The notes under the pieces were generated by a model that saw nothing but the letters and a program-made list of their open reading frames with translations, was not told where the DNA came from and searched no databases. Shown here piece after piece: positions 27,477-35,298 of a DNA stretch of 35,298 nucleotides (the stretch's first letter is position 1; each line of letters begins with the position of its first letter). This DNA is from an uncultured bacterium (GTDB lineage: Bacteria; Margulisbacteria; WOR-1; JAKLHX01), in contig CAZWKB010000004.1 of NCBI GenBank assembly GCA_964633925.1, positions 49,741 through 85,038 of the forward strand, written 5' to 3'. The position numbers were made by a program, and so were the translations under genes.

Positions 27477-28534
27477 TGTTATCGATAATTATTCCAACCT
27501 ACAATGAAAAAGAGAATATAAAAGAACTGGCTGAAAAAATATTTTGCATTTTTAAACAGAATAATATTGAAGGAGAGATAGTAGTTGTCGATGATAATTC
27601 GCCGGATGGAACAGGATCTGTTGCAGAAAAATTGAAAGATAAATACGCTATAGAAGTAGTTCATCGTCCAAGACGGCTTGGGTTGGCCAGTGCTGTCACA
27701 AACGGATTTATCGCTGCAAGAGGGGATGTCTTATGCGTAATGGATGCTGATCTAAGCCATCCTCCGGAGGCAATTCCTGATATGTTCAGATTAATTCAGG
27801 AAGAAAAGGCTGATTTTGTTGTTGGAAGCAGATATGTAAAAGGTGGCTCTTCAAAAGAATGGCCGTTCATAAGAAGATTTATATCGTCTTTATCCTGTTC
27901 TTTGACTAGGGGATTGACCGGAGTAAAAGATGCAACTTCAGGATATTTCATGATAAAAAAAGAAGTTATTAAGGATGCCGTTTTAAAACCAAAAGGTTTT
28001 AAAATATGTCTGGAAATAATTGTCAGAGGAACTTATAAATCCATTTGTGAGGTCCCGATTATCTTCACAGACAGAAAACACGGAAAAAGTAAATTGGGTT
28101 TCAGCGAATCCATTAAATATGGGGTGCATCTTATAGAATTGTATTCTCATAAATTTCCTCTCATGGCTCAATTTCTAAAATTTGCTTTGGTAGGTCTGAT
28201 TGGTTTTTTCATCCAGATGATTATTCTATATAATTTAGTCGAGATCTTGGATCTTTATTATCTGTATGCAGCTGTCATTGCCTTTTTTGTGGCTGTAACC
28301 AGCAACTTTTTATTGAATAGGACATGGACTTTTACTCCAAGTAGCAATAGAAATATTTATCAACAATACATCTCTTTTGTCTCTTTATGCGTTTTAGGTG
28401 CATTGTTGAACACCTTTCTTCTCTTTGTTTTGGTTGAATATGCTCATCTTTGGTATTTGAATGCCCAATGTATTAGCTTTGTGTTTGTCGGTCTGAGCAA
28501 TTTTTTATTTATTAGATCGATAACATTTAGCTAG
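27476..28534 (+). CDS. Polyprenol-phosphate glycosyltransferase (GT2, Dpm1/ArnC-like) fused to a GtrA-like membrane domain
   Basis: GT2 motifs IIIPTYNEKENI, VVDDNSPDGT, MDADLSHPP. The C-terminal 4-TM region carries the GtrA signature (FLKFALVGLIGF...NFLLNRTWTF). GTG 27476 overlaps the upstream TAG. Confidence 0.85.
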   Translation: MLSIIIPTYNEKENIKELAEKIFCIFKQNNIEGEIVVVDDNSPDGTGSVAEKLKDKYAIEVVHRPRRLGLASAVTNGFIAARGDVLCVMDADLSHPPEAIPDMFRLIQEEKADFVVGSRYVKGGSSKEWPFIRRFISSLSCSLTRGLTGVKDATSGYFMIKKEVIKDAVLKPKGFKICLEIIVRGTYKSICEVPIIFTDRKHGKSKLGFSESIKYGVHLIELYSHKFPLMAQFLKFALVGLIGFFIQMIILYNLVEILDLYYLYAAVIAFFVAVTSNFLLNRTWTFTPSSNRNIYQQYISFVSLCVLGALLNTFLLFVLVEYAHLWYLNAQCISFVFVGLSNFLFIRSITFS

Positions 28535-28548
28535 TAATAAAATGAATT

Positions 28549-28557
28549 TGCTATAAT
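28549..28557 (+). promoter_or_regulatory. Possible extended -10 element (TGcTATAAT) ahead of the flavodoxin gene
   Basis: TGCTATAAT lies 34 nt upstream of ATG 28591, and the SD AAGGAGG lies in between. Confidence 0.25.
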
Positions 28558-28590
28558 TCAAGATAATTATTCAAACAAGGAGGATTTATC

Positions 28591-29067
28591 ATGAAAACAT
28601 TGGTGGTTTATTATTCCAAGACAGGGACAACAAAAAAACTGGCGGAGAAATTGGCAAAAGAGTTTAATGCCGATATAGAAGAACTGATAGATAAAACAAA
28701 AAGATCCGGGATTATTGGTTGGATTTTAGCCGGGCGTGATGGAATGCAAAGAAGAGCGACAAATATAGTTGATACAAAAAAGAATGCGGCAGATTATGAT
28801 ATGGTTCTGGTCGGCGGGCCTCTTTGGGGTTTCAAGGGAGTTGCCCCTGCCTCAAGAACCTATTTAATAAAGAACAAAGACAAAATAAAAAAAGCAGCTT
28901 TTTTTATGACCAGAGCTGGTAATCCTTCAAGTGACCCAGCATTAAATGATCTGATTTCTGTTTACGGAAAACCTGTTGCCGGCACTCTTGATATTAAAGA
29001 GAGCGAGATCAACAGCTCCGAAACCGCCATGCAAATAATCGATTTCGCCAACAAAATAGCTATATAA
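28591..29067 (+). CDS. Flavodoxin-family protein
   Basis: The N-terminal FMN phosphate loop is MKTLVVYYSKTGTTKKLAEKLA. Confidence 0.75.
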   Translation: MKTLVVYYSKTGTTKKLAEKLAKEFNADIEELIDKTKRSGIIGWILAGRDGMQRRATNIVDTKKNAADYDMVLVGGPLWGFKGVAPASRTYLIKNKDKIKKAAFFMTRAGNPSSDPALNDLISVYGKPVAGTLDIKESEINSSETAMQIIDFANKIAI

Positions 29068-29117
29068 AATTTCTCGTGAAATTTATTCGTATCATTTCCG
29101 ATACAGTAATGAATAAC

Positions 29118-29142
29118 GTAGGGGCGGACCTTGTGTTCGCCC
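29118..29142 (+). repeat. REP-like GTAG-headed hairpin, family 1 (copy B)
   Basis: GTAG followed by GGGCGGAC-cttgt-GTTCGCCC, with one G:T pair. Confidence 0.8.
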
Positions 29143-29237
29143 GTTAATAACCGACAAAATGATGGTTAGTGATATTGTTTCTGTTTCGTAAATACTGTAT
29201 ATTTATATATACAATAGATATTGCGTTTTGTCCCATT

Positions 29238-29261
29238 GTAAAGACGCATTGAATGCGTCTC
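29238..29261 (+). repeat. REP-like hairpin, family 2 (copy G, head GTAA)
   Basis: GTAAAGACGCAT-tga-ATGCGTCTC. The stem and loop are identical to copy F, and the head is mutated G>A. Confidence 0.75.
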
Positions 29262-29281
29262 TCAAAAATGAGGGGTAGTTT

Positions 29282-30217
29282 GTGCAAAAAAATCTGTGGT
29301 CCAGAATAAAAAAATATAGGTTTGCTTACTATTTCATAGCACCGACATTGATAAGTATGTTCCTTCTTCATATATTTCCTGTCGCCCAGGCGTTTTACAT
29401 GTCTTTCCTGAAACTGAACCAAATGACCTTAAGTTCCTATCTCGGAGCTCCCTTTATTGGGCTTCAAAATTATTACGAAGTTTTGTTCGATGCAAACAGT
29501 CCTATCCATATAGGGCTTCTCGAAGCTGTTAGAAACACTATCATATATACAATCATCGTTACTACCGGAACCACGGGGGTTGGAATGCTAATCGCGCTAA
29601 TGGTTCATCGCAAATTCAGAGGACAGGCAATGGTTAGGGCTTTATTTCTATTCCCATGGGTAGTCCCTACATATGTAACAGGTCTTTTATGGGGCTTTAT
29701 GTGGCAAAAGGAGATAGGGATTATAAACATAGTTCTCGTTGACTGGTTGCATCTTTTTCCGTCAAAACCATTTTGGTTGCTGGGGCAAAACACAATATGG
29801 GCGATCATTTTTCCGACAATATGGAGATTTTGGCCGCTTTCAATGCTAATGCTTCTTGCCGGTATGCAGTCAATTCCGGATGAGCTTTACGAAGCAGCTG
29901 AACTTGATGGTGCCAGTGGGTGGCGAAAATTCTGGTCCATCACTTTCCCGATGCTAAGGCCTGTTTGGGCAATTCTCATTCTGTTTGGTCTAATTTACAA
30001 CACATACTCCTTTAATATAGTAATAATGATGTTCGGTTTTGGTGCTGGATATCCTGGTGAGTGGGGAGATCTTATGATGACGAATATATTTAGGAATACA
30101 TTCCAGCAATGGGCATTCGGAGTTGGAGCTGCTGCCTCTGTTCTCATAATGGTAGTCATGATAGTAATTGTTAATTTCTGGTATAGATTCTACAGAAAAT
30201 CAGAGGAGCTAACCTAA
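29282..30217 (+). CDS. ABC sugar-transporter permease (MalF/UgpA-type)
   Basis: The GTG start follows GAGGGG. It has 6 TM segments and the EAA loop YEAAELDGASGWRKFWSITFPMLRP. Confidence 0.85.
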   Translation: MQKNLWSRIKKYRFAYYFIAPTLISMFLLHIFPVAQAFYMSFLKLNQMTLSSYLGAPFIGLQNYYEVLFDANSPIHIGLLEAVRNTIIYTIIVTTGTTGVGMLIALMVHRKFRGQAMVRALFLFPWVVPTYVTGLLWGFMWQKEIGIINIVLVDWLHLFPSKPFWLLGQNTIWAIIFPTIWRFWPLSMLMLLAGMQSIPDELYEAAELDGASGWRKFWSITFPMLRPVWAILILFGLIYNTYSFNIVIMMFGFGAGYPGEWGDLMMTNIFRNTFQQWAFGVGAAASVLIMVVMIVIVNFWYRFYRKSEELT

Positions 30218-32022
30218 TGTTGAAAATTCCGTATTACGTACAGCAGAGGATCACAAAGAGAATTATTGATGTGATTATGATAATACTTCTTATCATTACA
30301 TTGTTCCCGATCGTATGGATGGTCTTCTCATCTTTCAAAAGTAATACAGAGATTCTTTTGGGGCAGATCCCATTTGGCAGAGCAGGAAACGATGTTATCT
30401 ATATGGAATCACGAGGCAAGAATCTTTTTGCCATGACCGCCGATGGAGGGATTAGTAAGTTTGACACGGATTCAAAAAATCTCATAGCATATGATTCACT
30501 AAAGTCTATGGCAACAAGTTTCATTATGGATGCAGGATATGTTTGGGCCGCCACGTCAGACAAAGGTCTTGTAAGAATATCAATAGATGATTTTTCAAAA
30601 CAAACATTTTTTGATCCAAAGATAAAAGATCTTGACATCAACAAAGTTGCTGCAACAAATCTAATATTAGAAAAAAATTCCGTTTGGGTGTCATGGCAGC
30701 AAAAAAACACCGAATATTTAATGAGATTCAACAAAGATCTCATGACATTTTCAGACAAGATAGATCTGACCTGTGCACTCTCACCATTTCAGATAACGTC
30801 GATGACAACAATAGGAAATGTTATGTGGATAGGGACAACCAGAGGACTCATATCTTATGATCTAAGCAAAAAATCGATACTAAAATCTTATAATACATCA
30901 GATATCAATTTGCCTTACACTTCAATAAGCAAACTAGTTGCTTACAAAGAAGATCTCTATCTCTCAACAACAGATGGCTTATTTCAATTCTCACCAAAAA
31001 GCGGAAAGATAGTGAATTCATTCACTTCTGATAACGGACTCTCATCAAGTAGGGTAAGTTATGTTATGCCGTACAATGACAAGATAATTGCTGGAACAAA
31101 CAATAGTCTTTCTATCGTTGATTTTAGAACAAAGAAAGTTGTAAATTATGACAAACTATTTGTTCCGGTTGCAAATTCAAAGGCAAAAGGACTTGTTTAT
31201 GGGGATGTGTTCTATATTACAAAGGCTCCAAAAGGTATATTTATCGGATCTTCAGGCGGAAGAGTCAGTGCTCTTGATGGAACTTTTGTTGTAAAGGAAT
31301 CATTAAAAGTAAAAGATGGTCACATAATGGTCAGGTGGCGTAACTATATAGACTTATGGAAAAACATAAATTTTGGCCTTTATTTAAAGAATTCCTTGAT
31401 CATATGCGGAATAACAATGATACTCGCGATGATATTTGCAACAACAGCTGCCTATTCACTAGCAAGATTCAATTTCCCTGGCAATCAGTTCTTCAGCGTA
31501 GGCGTTCTTGCCACGCAAATGATCCCTGCAATTATGTATTTGATCCCAATATATATTATGTTCACTCAATTCACAAATTGGACCGGAATTCCAGTAAAAG
31601 GAACACATGTAGGTCTCATAATGATATACAGCGCGTTTTTTATTCCTTTCTCCATATGGATACTTCGTGGGTTTTTCGCATCCATTCCTGCAGAGCTTGA
31701 AGAAGCAGGTCGCATAGACGGTTGCTCTCAGTTTCAGGTGTTCTGGTATATAGTTCTTCCTCTAGCCATCCCTGGAATAATTGCAACAGGAGCCTATGTG
31801 TTTTTGACTGCATGGGACGAGCTTATGTTTGCTTGGGTTTTATGTAATGCCGATACAATGACTATTCCTGTTGGGATCAGACTGTTTGTAGGAAATTATC
31901 AAAACAGATTTGACCTGATGATGGCTGCTGCAACGGTAGCAACAATTCCTGTAATGGTCCTTTTCTTTATGCTACAAAAATATATCGTAAAGGGGTTAAC
32001 TGCAGGAGCTGTAAAAGGATGA
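30217..32022 (+). CDS. ABC sugar-transporter permease (MalG/UgpE-type) with a ~330-aa periplasmic beta-propeller-like insertion after TM1
   Basis: TM1 is IIDVIMIILLIITLFPIVWMVF. About seven repeats of the two-component-regulator-propeller type follow (VWAATSDKGLVRIS, VMWIGTTRGLISYD, LYLSTTDGLFQFS, IIAGTNNSLSIVD, IFIGSSGGRVSALD). Then comes a normal 5-TM permease core with the EAA loop EEAGRIDGCSQFQVFWYIVLPLAIPG. Confidence 0.8.
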   Translation: MLKIPYYVQQRITKRIIDVIMIILLIITLFPIVWMVFSSFKSNTEILLGQIPFGRAGNDVIYMESRGKNLFAMTADGGISKFDTDSKNLIAYDSLKSMATSFIMDAGYVWAATSDKGLVRISIDDFSKQTFFDPKIKDLDINKVAATNLILEKNSVWVSWQQKNTEYLMRFNKDLMTFSDKIDLTCALSPFQITSMTTIGNVMWIGTTRGLISYDLSKKSILKSYNTSDINLPYTSISKLVAYKEDLYLSTTDGLFQFSPKSGKIVNSFTSDNGLSSSRVSYVMPYNDKIIAGTNNSLSIVDFRTKKVVNYDKLFVPVANSKAKGLVYGDVFYITKAPKGIFIGSSGGRVSALDGTFVVKESLKVKDGHIMVRWRNYIDLWKNINFGLYLKNSLIICGITMILAMIFATTAAYSLARFNFPGNQFFSVGVLATQMIPAIMYLIPIYIMFTQFTNWTGIPVKGTHVGLIMIYSAFFIPFSIWILRGFFASIPAELEEAGRIDGCSQFQVFWYIVLPLAIPGIIATGAYVFLTAWDELMFAWVLCNADTMTIPVGIRLFVGNYQNRFDLMMAAATVATIPVMVLFFMLQKYIVKGLTAGAVKG

Positions 32023-33704
32023 TAAACAACGAGAAAGGAATTTCAAAGATGAATAGACTATTGACTATCTGCTTAGTTCTTCTTGGCCTCGTTTCAGTTT
32101 CATACGCTGCAACCACGGTTGCAAAAACTTCCACATCACAGGCTCCGGGTTGTTATTTTGGCATATTCAGAGAGGGTTCTCCTTCAAATATGGGGAACGT
32201 AGATCAGATAGAAGAAAAACTAGGCAAGAAATTCTCAATGGTAATGTGGTATCAGGATTGGGATTGTAAATTTCCAAAGGCAGAGATCGAGAAAATTCAC
32301 AAAAGAGGAGCAGTTCCTCACATAGTATGGGAGCCATGGTATTGGGCAAACAGAGACAAAAATCTTATGGACGATATTATCTCAGGCAAACAGGATGCAT
32401 ATATTAAATCATGGGCAAAGGGAATCAAGGAATCTAACGGAACAGTTTTCATTAGATATGCACATGAATTCAATATCGATGGATATCCATGGGGCATTGT
32501 TCATAACGGGAAAAATCCAAAGAAATATATAGACGCATACAGACATGTATATGACATTTTTACAAAAGAAGGGGCAAAGAATGCAAAGTTTGTTTGGTGC
32601 CCAATGGCTCAGTCATGGCCTCAAGAACCTTGGAATGACATGAATCTTGCATATCCAGGAGACAAATATGTTGACTGGATAGGTCTAGACGGATATAACT
32701 GGGGAACCTCTCAAGATTGGAGTTCATGGCAATCTTTCACTGAATTATTCAGAGATGTTGCAAGAGAGATGTGGCGCAAATATCCGACAAAACCAATAAT
32801 GGTTGCAGAGTTTGCATCGGCAACAAAAGGCGGCGATAAGGCAAAGTGGATAAAGGATCTCACTAATGAGCTAAAAAAGATGCCATACATAAAAGCTGTA
32901 CTCTGGTTTGATGAAAAGAAAGAAACTGATTGGAGAATAGAATCAACTTCTTCTACATTAGCCGGTTTCAAAACAATGATTAAGGATCCTTATTTTGCAT
33001 CTTCTTCAAAGGGGATTGAGATAATCGGGACATCAGCTATGGATCTTTCAAACAAAAAAAACACAAAGGCCATAATGGTATCGACAGCTCCAAAAATAGA
33101 CGGTGTTCTAAATGATTGGAAAAAAACTTCACCAATCATAATCGACAAACTCAGTCAGGTTCAGGAAGGTTCAACCGTCTGGAAGAATAAAGATAATCTT
33201 AGCGGTCAGTTGTTTGTAAATTGGGACAAAAACAATCTATATGTAGCAGGAGATATTATTGATAACGTTCCTGTACTGAATCCAAACAAAAAAAGCAATA
33301 TCTGGAAGGGTGATGCTATCGAGATTGTTATTGGTTTAGATAAGTCTGCAAAATCTGACAGGGCCTTTACGACAAAAGGAGATTTTCAAATTGGATTTGC
33401 AACAGGGGATAACAAGAAACAAGCTCCTTCTATCTGGGTTTGGAAAAATAATGAATCGCCTGCAGGTTCAAAAATAGTTGTAAAGAAATCAGCAAATGGC
33501 AAAGGTTATACCATAGAAGCCAGCATTCCGTGGAAGTCACTGAATGGTTTTACTCCGTCAGCAGGAGACAAACTAAGTTTTGATGTAGCTCTGGATGATG
33601 CAGATGTTGCAGGTAAAGACAGAACTGTCCAAATGGTTTGGTCTGGTGATTATTTGTTCTACAAAGATCCTGGGGTCTGGGGTTCAATCGAATTTGTAAA
33701 ATAA
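32019..33704 (+). CDS. Secreted GH26-like glycoside hydrolase with a C-terminal CBM9/DOMON-like carbohydrate-binding domain
   Basis: The signal peptide MNRLLTICLVLLGLVSVSYA suggests ATG 32049 as an alternative start. GH26-type motifs are IRYAHEFNIDGYPWG, YVDWIGLDGYNWG and VAEFAS. The C-terminal domain reads APKIDGVLNDW...GDAIEIVIG...GYTIEASIPW. Confidence 0.7.
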   Translation: MINNEKGISKMNRLLTICLVLLGLVSVSYAATTVAKTSTSQAPGCYFGIFREGSPSNMGNVDQIEEKLGKKFSMVMWYQDWDCKFPKAEIEKIHKRGAVPHIVWEPWYWANRDKNLMDDIISGKQDAYIKSWAKGIKESNGTVFIRYAHEFNIDGYPWGIVHNGKNPKKYIDAYRHVYDIFTKEGAKNAKFVWCPMAQSWPQEPWNDMNLAYPGDKYVDWIGLDGYNWGTSQDWSSWQSFTELFRDVAREMWRKYPTKPIMVAEFASATKGGDKAKWIKDLTNELKKMPYIKAVLWFDEKKETDWRIESTSSTLAGFKTMIKDPYFASSSKGIEIIGTSAMDLSNKKNTKAIMVSTAPKIDGVLNDWKKTSPIIIDKLSQVQEGSTVWKNKDNLSGQLFVNWDKNNLYVAGDIIDNVPVLNPNKKSNIWKGDAIEIVIGLDKSAKSDRAFTTKGDFQIGFATGDNKKQAPSIWVWKNNESPAGSKIVVKKSANGKGYTIEASIPWKSLNGFTPSAGDKLSFDVALDDADVAGKDRTVQMVWSGDYLFYKDPGVWGSIEFVK

Positions 33705-33708
33705 TATT

Positions 33709-33734
33709 GTAGGGGCGGACCTTTAAGGCCGCCC
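33709..33734 (+). repeat. REP-like GTAG-headed hairpin, family 1 (copy C)
   Basis: GTAG followed by GGGCGG(A)CC-tttaa-GGCCGCCC. Confidence 0.75.
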
Positions 33735-33794
33735 TCTCTGTATCCATGAATGAAATTCCCTGAAATTCTATCAACATTCTGTCGATAAGTTATT

Positions 33795-33819
33795 GTAGGG
33801 GCAGGCCTAGTGCCAGCCC
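33795..33819 (+). repeat. REP-like GTAG-headed hairpin, family 1 variant (copy D)
   Basis: GTAG followed by GGGCAGGC-ctagt-GCCAGCCC, with one A/A mismatch. Confidence 0.7.
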
Positions 33820-33840
33820 AAATACATAAGGGAAATAACA

Positions 33841-34872
33841 ATGAGAAAATTATTAATTCCAATTTTGCTATTTGCTGCGTCATTAAGCCTTTTTGGTTGC
33901 GGTTCTTTCTACGATGTTATTAGATACGCGCCCTCTGAAATTACTCTTGCCGGTAAGATTTTACCATCTACCGAAGGCTGCTATATCGGAGCCTTTGTTT
34001 CAGATTCAAATATCAAAGACCGCAGCACTCAAATGATTTTAGATGTTTACGAACATTATTTGGCCCGCAAGGTATCTGTTGTGATGTGGTTTGTTCCAAT
34101 ACGAGATTCATTCCCATTGCAGGAATGCAATGTAGTTGCTGCTCGTGGAGATGTCCCATGCATAACTTTTTCTTGGGAAAACTATATGTTCAGTGATTCT
34201 ACGATCAATTTTTCTCTTCAGGATATTATTGACGGCAAGTTCGATACTAATTTTGAAATGTGGGCAATTGCAGCAAAGGAATACAAAAGACCTGTATTTT
34301 TTAGACCATTTCATGAAATGAACGGAAATTGGTATCCATGGGACGGAACTCACAACGGAGGTGCCGTAGACGGACCTGCAAAATTTATTCAGGCTTGGAA
34401 GCATATTCATAATATTTTTGCTAAAGCAGGGGCAACAAACGTAACTTGGGTTTGGAATATCAATGCGGAGAACATTCCAGATGAAACGTGGAATTCATCC
34501 AACAACTATTATCCGGGTGATGATTACGTAGATTGGATAGGAATAGACGGATACAACTGGGGAACAACTAATGGCAGTTCATGGAAAACATTTGACCAGA
34601 TATTTTTGTCTTCATATTCGGATATAGTTGCAAGATATTTAACCAAACCAATCATGATAGGAGAGATGGGCTGTTCTGATATAGGAGGAGATAAATCTTC
34701 TTGGATCACAGATTCTTTTGCTGCAATGAAGTCAAAATATCCCGCAATAAAGGCGTATAATTGGTTTAATATCAACAAGGAGACTGATTGGAGAATAGAT
34801 TCATCGTCAGATGCAAAGGCAGCTATTAAATCGGCAATGGGTGATGATTATTATTTGGGCGATATAAAATAA
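33841..34872 (+). CDS. GH26-like glycoside hydrolase lipoprotein
   Basis: The lipobox is LSLFGC. Motifs are FRPFHEMNGNWYPWDG (acid/base region), YVDWIGIDGYNWG and MIGEMGCS (nucleophile region). Confidence 0.75.
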   Translation: MRKLLIPILLFAASLSLFGCGSFYDVIRYAPSEITLAGKILPSTEGCYIGAFVSDSNIKDRSTQMILDVYEHYLARKVSVVMWFVPIRDSFPLQECNVVAARGDVPCITFSWENYMFSDSTINFSLQDIIDGKFDTNFEMWAIAAKEYKRPVFFRPFHEMNGNWYPWDGTHNGGAVDGPAKFIQAWKHIHNIFAKAGATNVTWVWNINAENIPDETWNSSNNYYPGDDYVDWIGIDGYNWGTTNGSSWKTFDQIFLSSYSDIVARYLTKPIMIGEMGCSDIGGDKSSWITDSFAAMKSKYPAIKAYNWFNINKETDWRIDSSSDAKAAIKSAMGDDYYLGDIK

Positions 34873-34894
34873 AATTTGAAGGGGGTGAAGAAAA

Positions 34895-35298
34895 TTGAAA
34901 AACAAATCGATATTCTTAGCAGTGATTTTCGTGTTTGCACTTTGTGCAAATGCAATTTCTGCAGAGAGGTTGATAGATGATTTTGAAAAAAATCCTAACC
35001 TTAAGACTCCTGAATGGTGGATGTTTGACAGTACAAAAATAGCCGTAGTAAACAACCCTGCGTTTAGACCAGGAGACGCTGTCGCAAAATCAAACCAGAA
35101 AAAGGTTCTCAGCATCAAGGCTGAGGCAAAGAACTGGTATTGTGGCGGATTTGGGTCATATTTTGGAGTAGATGCTTCATCATTTAAAGGTATTTCTATG
35201 AATGTGTATGGGAATGGTGAGGGATCAGGAAAGATCAAGATAGAGCTTTATGATGATGAGAAAGGATCTTATGAAACTGCATATGACAGAACATGGAA
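34895..35298 (+). CDS. Secreted protein, 3'-truncated by the window; N-terminal beta-sandwich/CBM-like region
   Basis: This ORF is not in the supplied track. TTG 34895 follows GGGGGTGAAG, and the frame stays open to the window end. The signal peptide is LKNKSIFLAVIFVFALCANAISA. NWYCGGFGSYFG...GISMNVYGNGEGSGKIKIELYDDE resembles CBM/CIA30-type modules, but only weakly. Confidence 0.5.
   Translation, partial: MKNKSIFLAVIFVFALCANAISAERLIDDFEKNPNLKTPEWWMFDSTKIAVVNNPAFRPGDAVAKSNQKKVLSIKAEAKNWYCGGFGSYFGVDASSFKGISMNVYGNGEGSGKIKIELYDDEKGSYETAYDRTW

Noticed and set aside
29144-29422. 92-aa - strand ORF between the flavodoxin and ABC permease genes
   Set aside because: It reads through REP-like copy G, overlaps the 5' end of the well-supported permease gene on the other strand, and shows no family resemblance.
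34807-35238. 143-aa - strand ORF at the right edge
   Set aside because: It is antisense to a + strand ORF (34895 onward) that has an SD, a signal peptide and a plausible domain. The - strand product shows no family resemblance or plausible start signals.
1-35298. Search for CRISPR arrays, IS elements or transposases, integrases, toxin-antitoxin pairs, restriction-modification or other defence genes, rRNA, and recoding or alternative genetic code
   Set aside because: The only regularly spaced or repeated sequences found are the dispersed GTAG hairpins, which lack the periodic spacing of a CRISPR array. No DDE, Y1, serine or tyrosine recombinase motifs were seen in any frame of the track. The long ORFs are uninterrupted under the standard code.

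Overview
Low-GC (about 35-40% by eye), gene-dense chromosomal window from a diderm bacterium, probably an uncultivated anaerobe; the lineage is an inference. There are about 30 genes, mostly on the + strand and often joined by ATGA or 1-nt overlaps. Left to right: (1) a trehalose operon with a sensor-TM-HAMP::OtsA fusion (5'-truncated by the window), OtsB, an internally duplicated unknown protein and a TreT-type synthase; (2) a TolC-RND efflux pair with no adaptor gene, then a short pyruvate kinase; (3) a convergent SERCA-like P-type ATPase; (4) a small secreted SOR-like protein, a LysM/coiled-coil protein behind a G9 tract, tRNA-Tyr, and gene remnants; (5) DJ-1/PfpI, a membrane protein, an HExxH protein, an ECF sigma factor, thioredoxin, ferredoxin and a membrane polyferredoxin; (6) a wHTH regulator, a second adaptor-less TolC-RND pair, a PMT/ArnT-like GT, a GT2::GtrA fusion and a flavodoxin; (7) a glycan-utilisation locus with MalF/MalG-type permeases, two GH26-like hydrolases and a CBM-like protein. 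The MalG-type permease carries a ~330-aa beta-propeller insertion, and no binding-protein or ATPase gene is present. At least nine intergenic GTAG-headed hairpins (REP-like, three sequence families) are scattered through the window. No CRISPR array, IS element, rRNA or recognisable defence genes were seen. All family calls come from motif recognition by eye; no searches were run.
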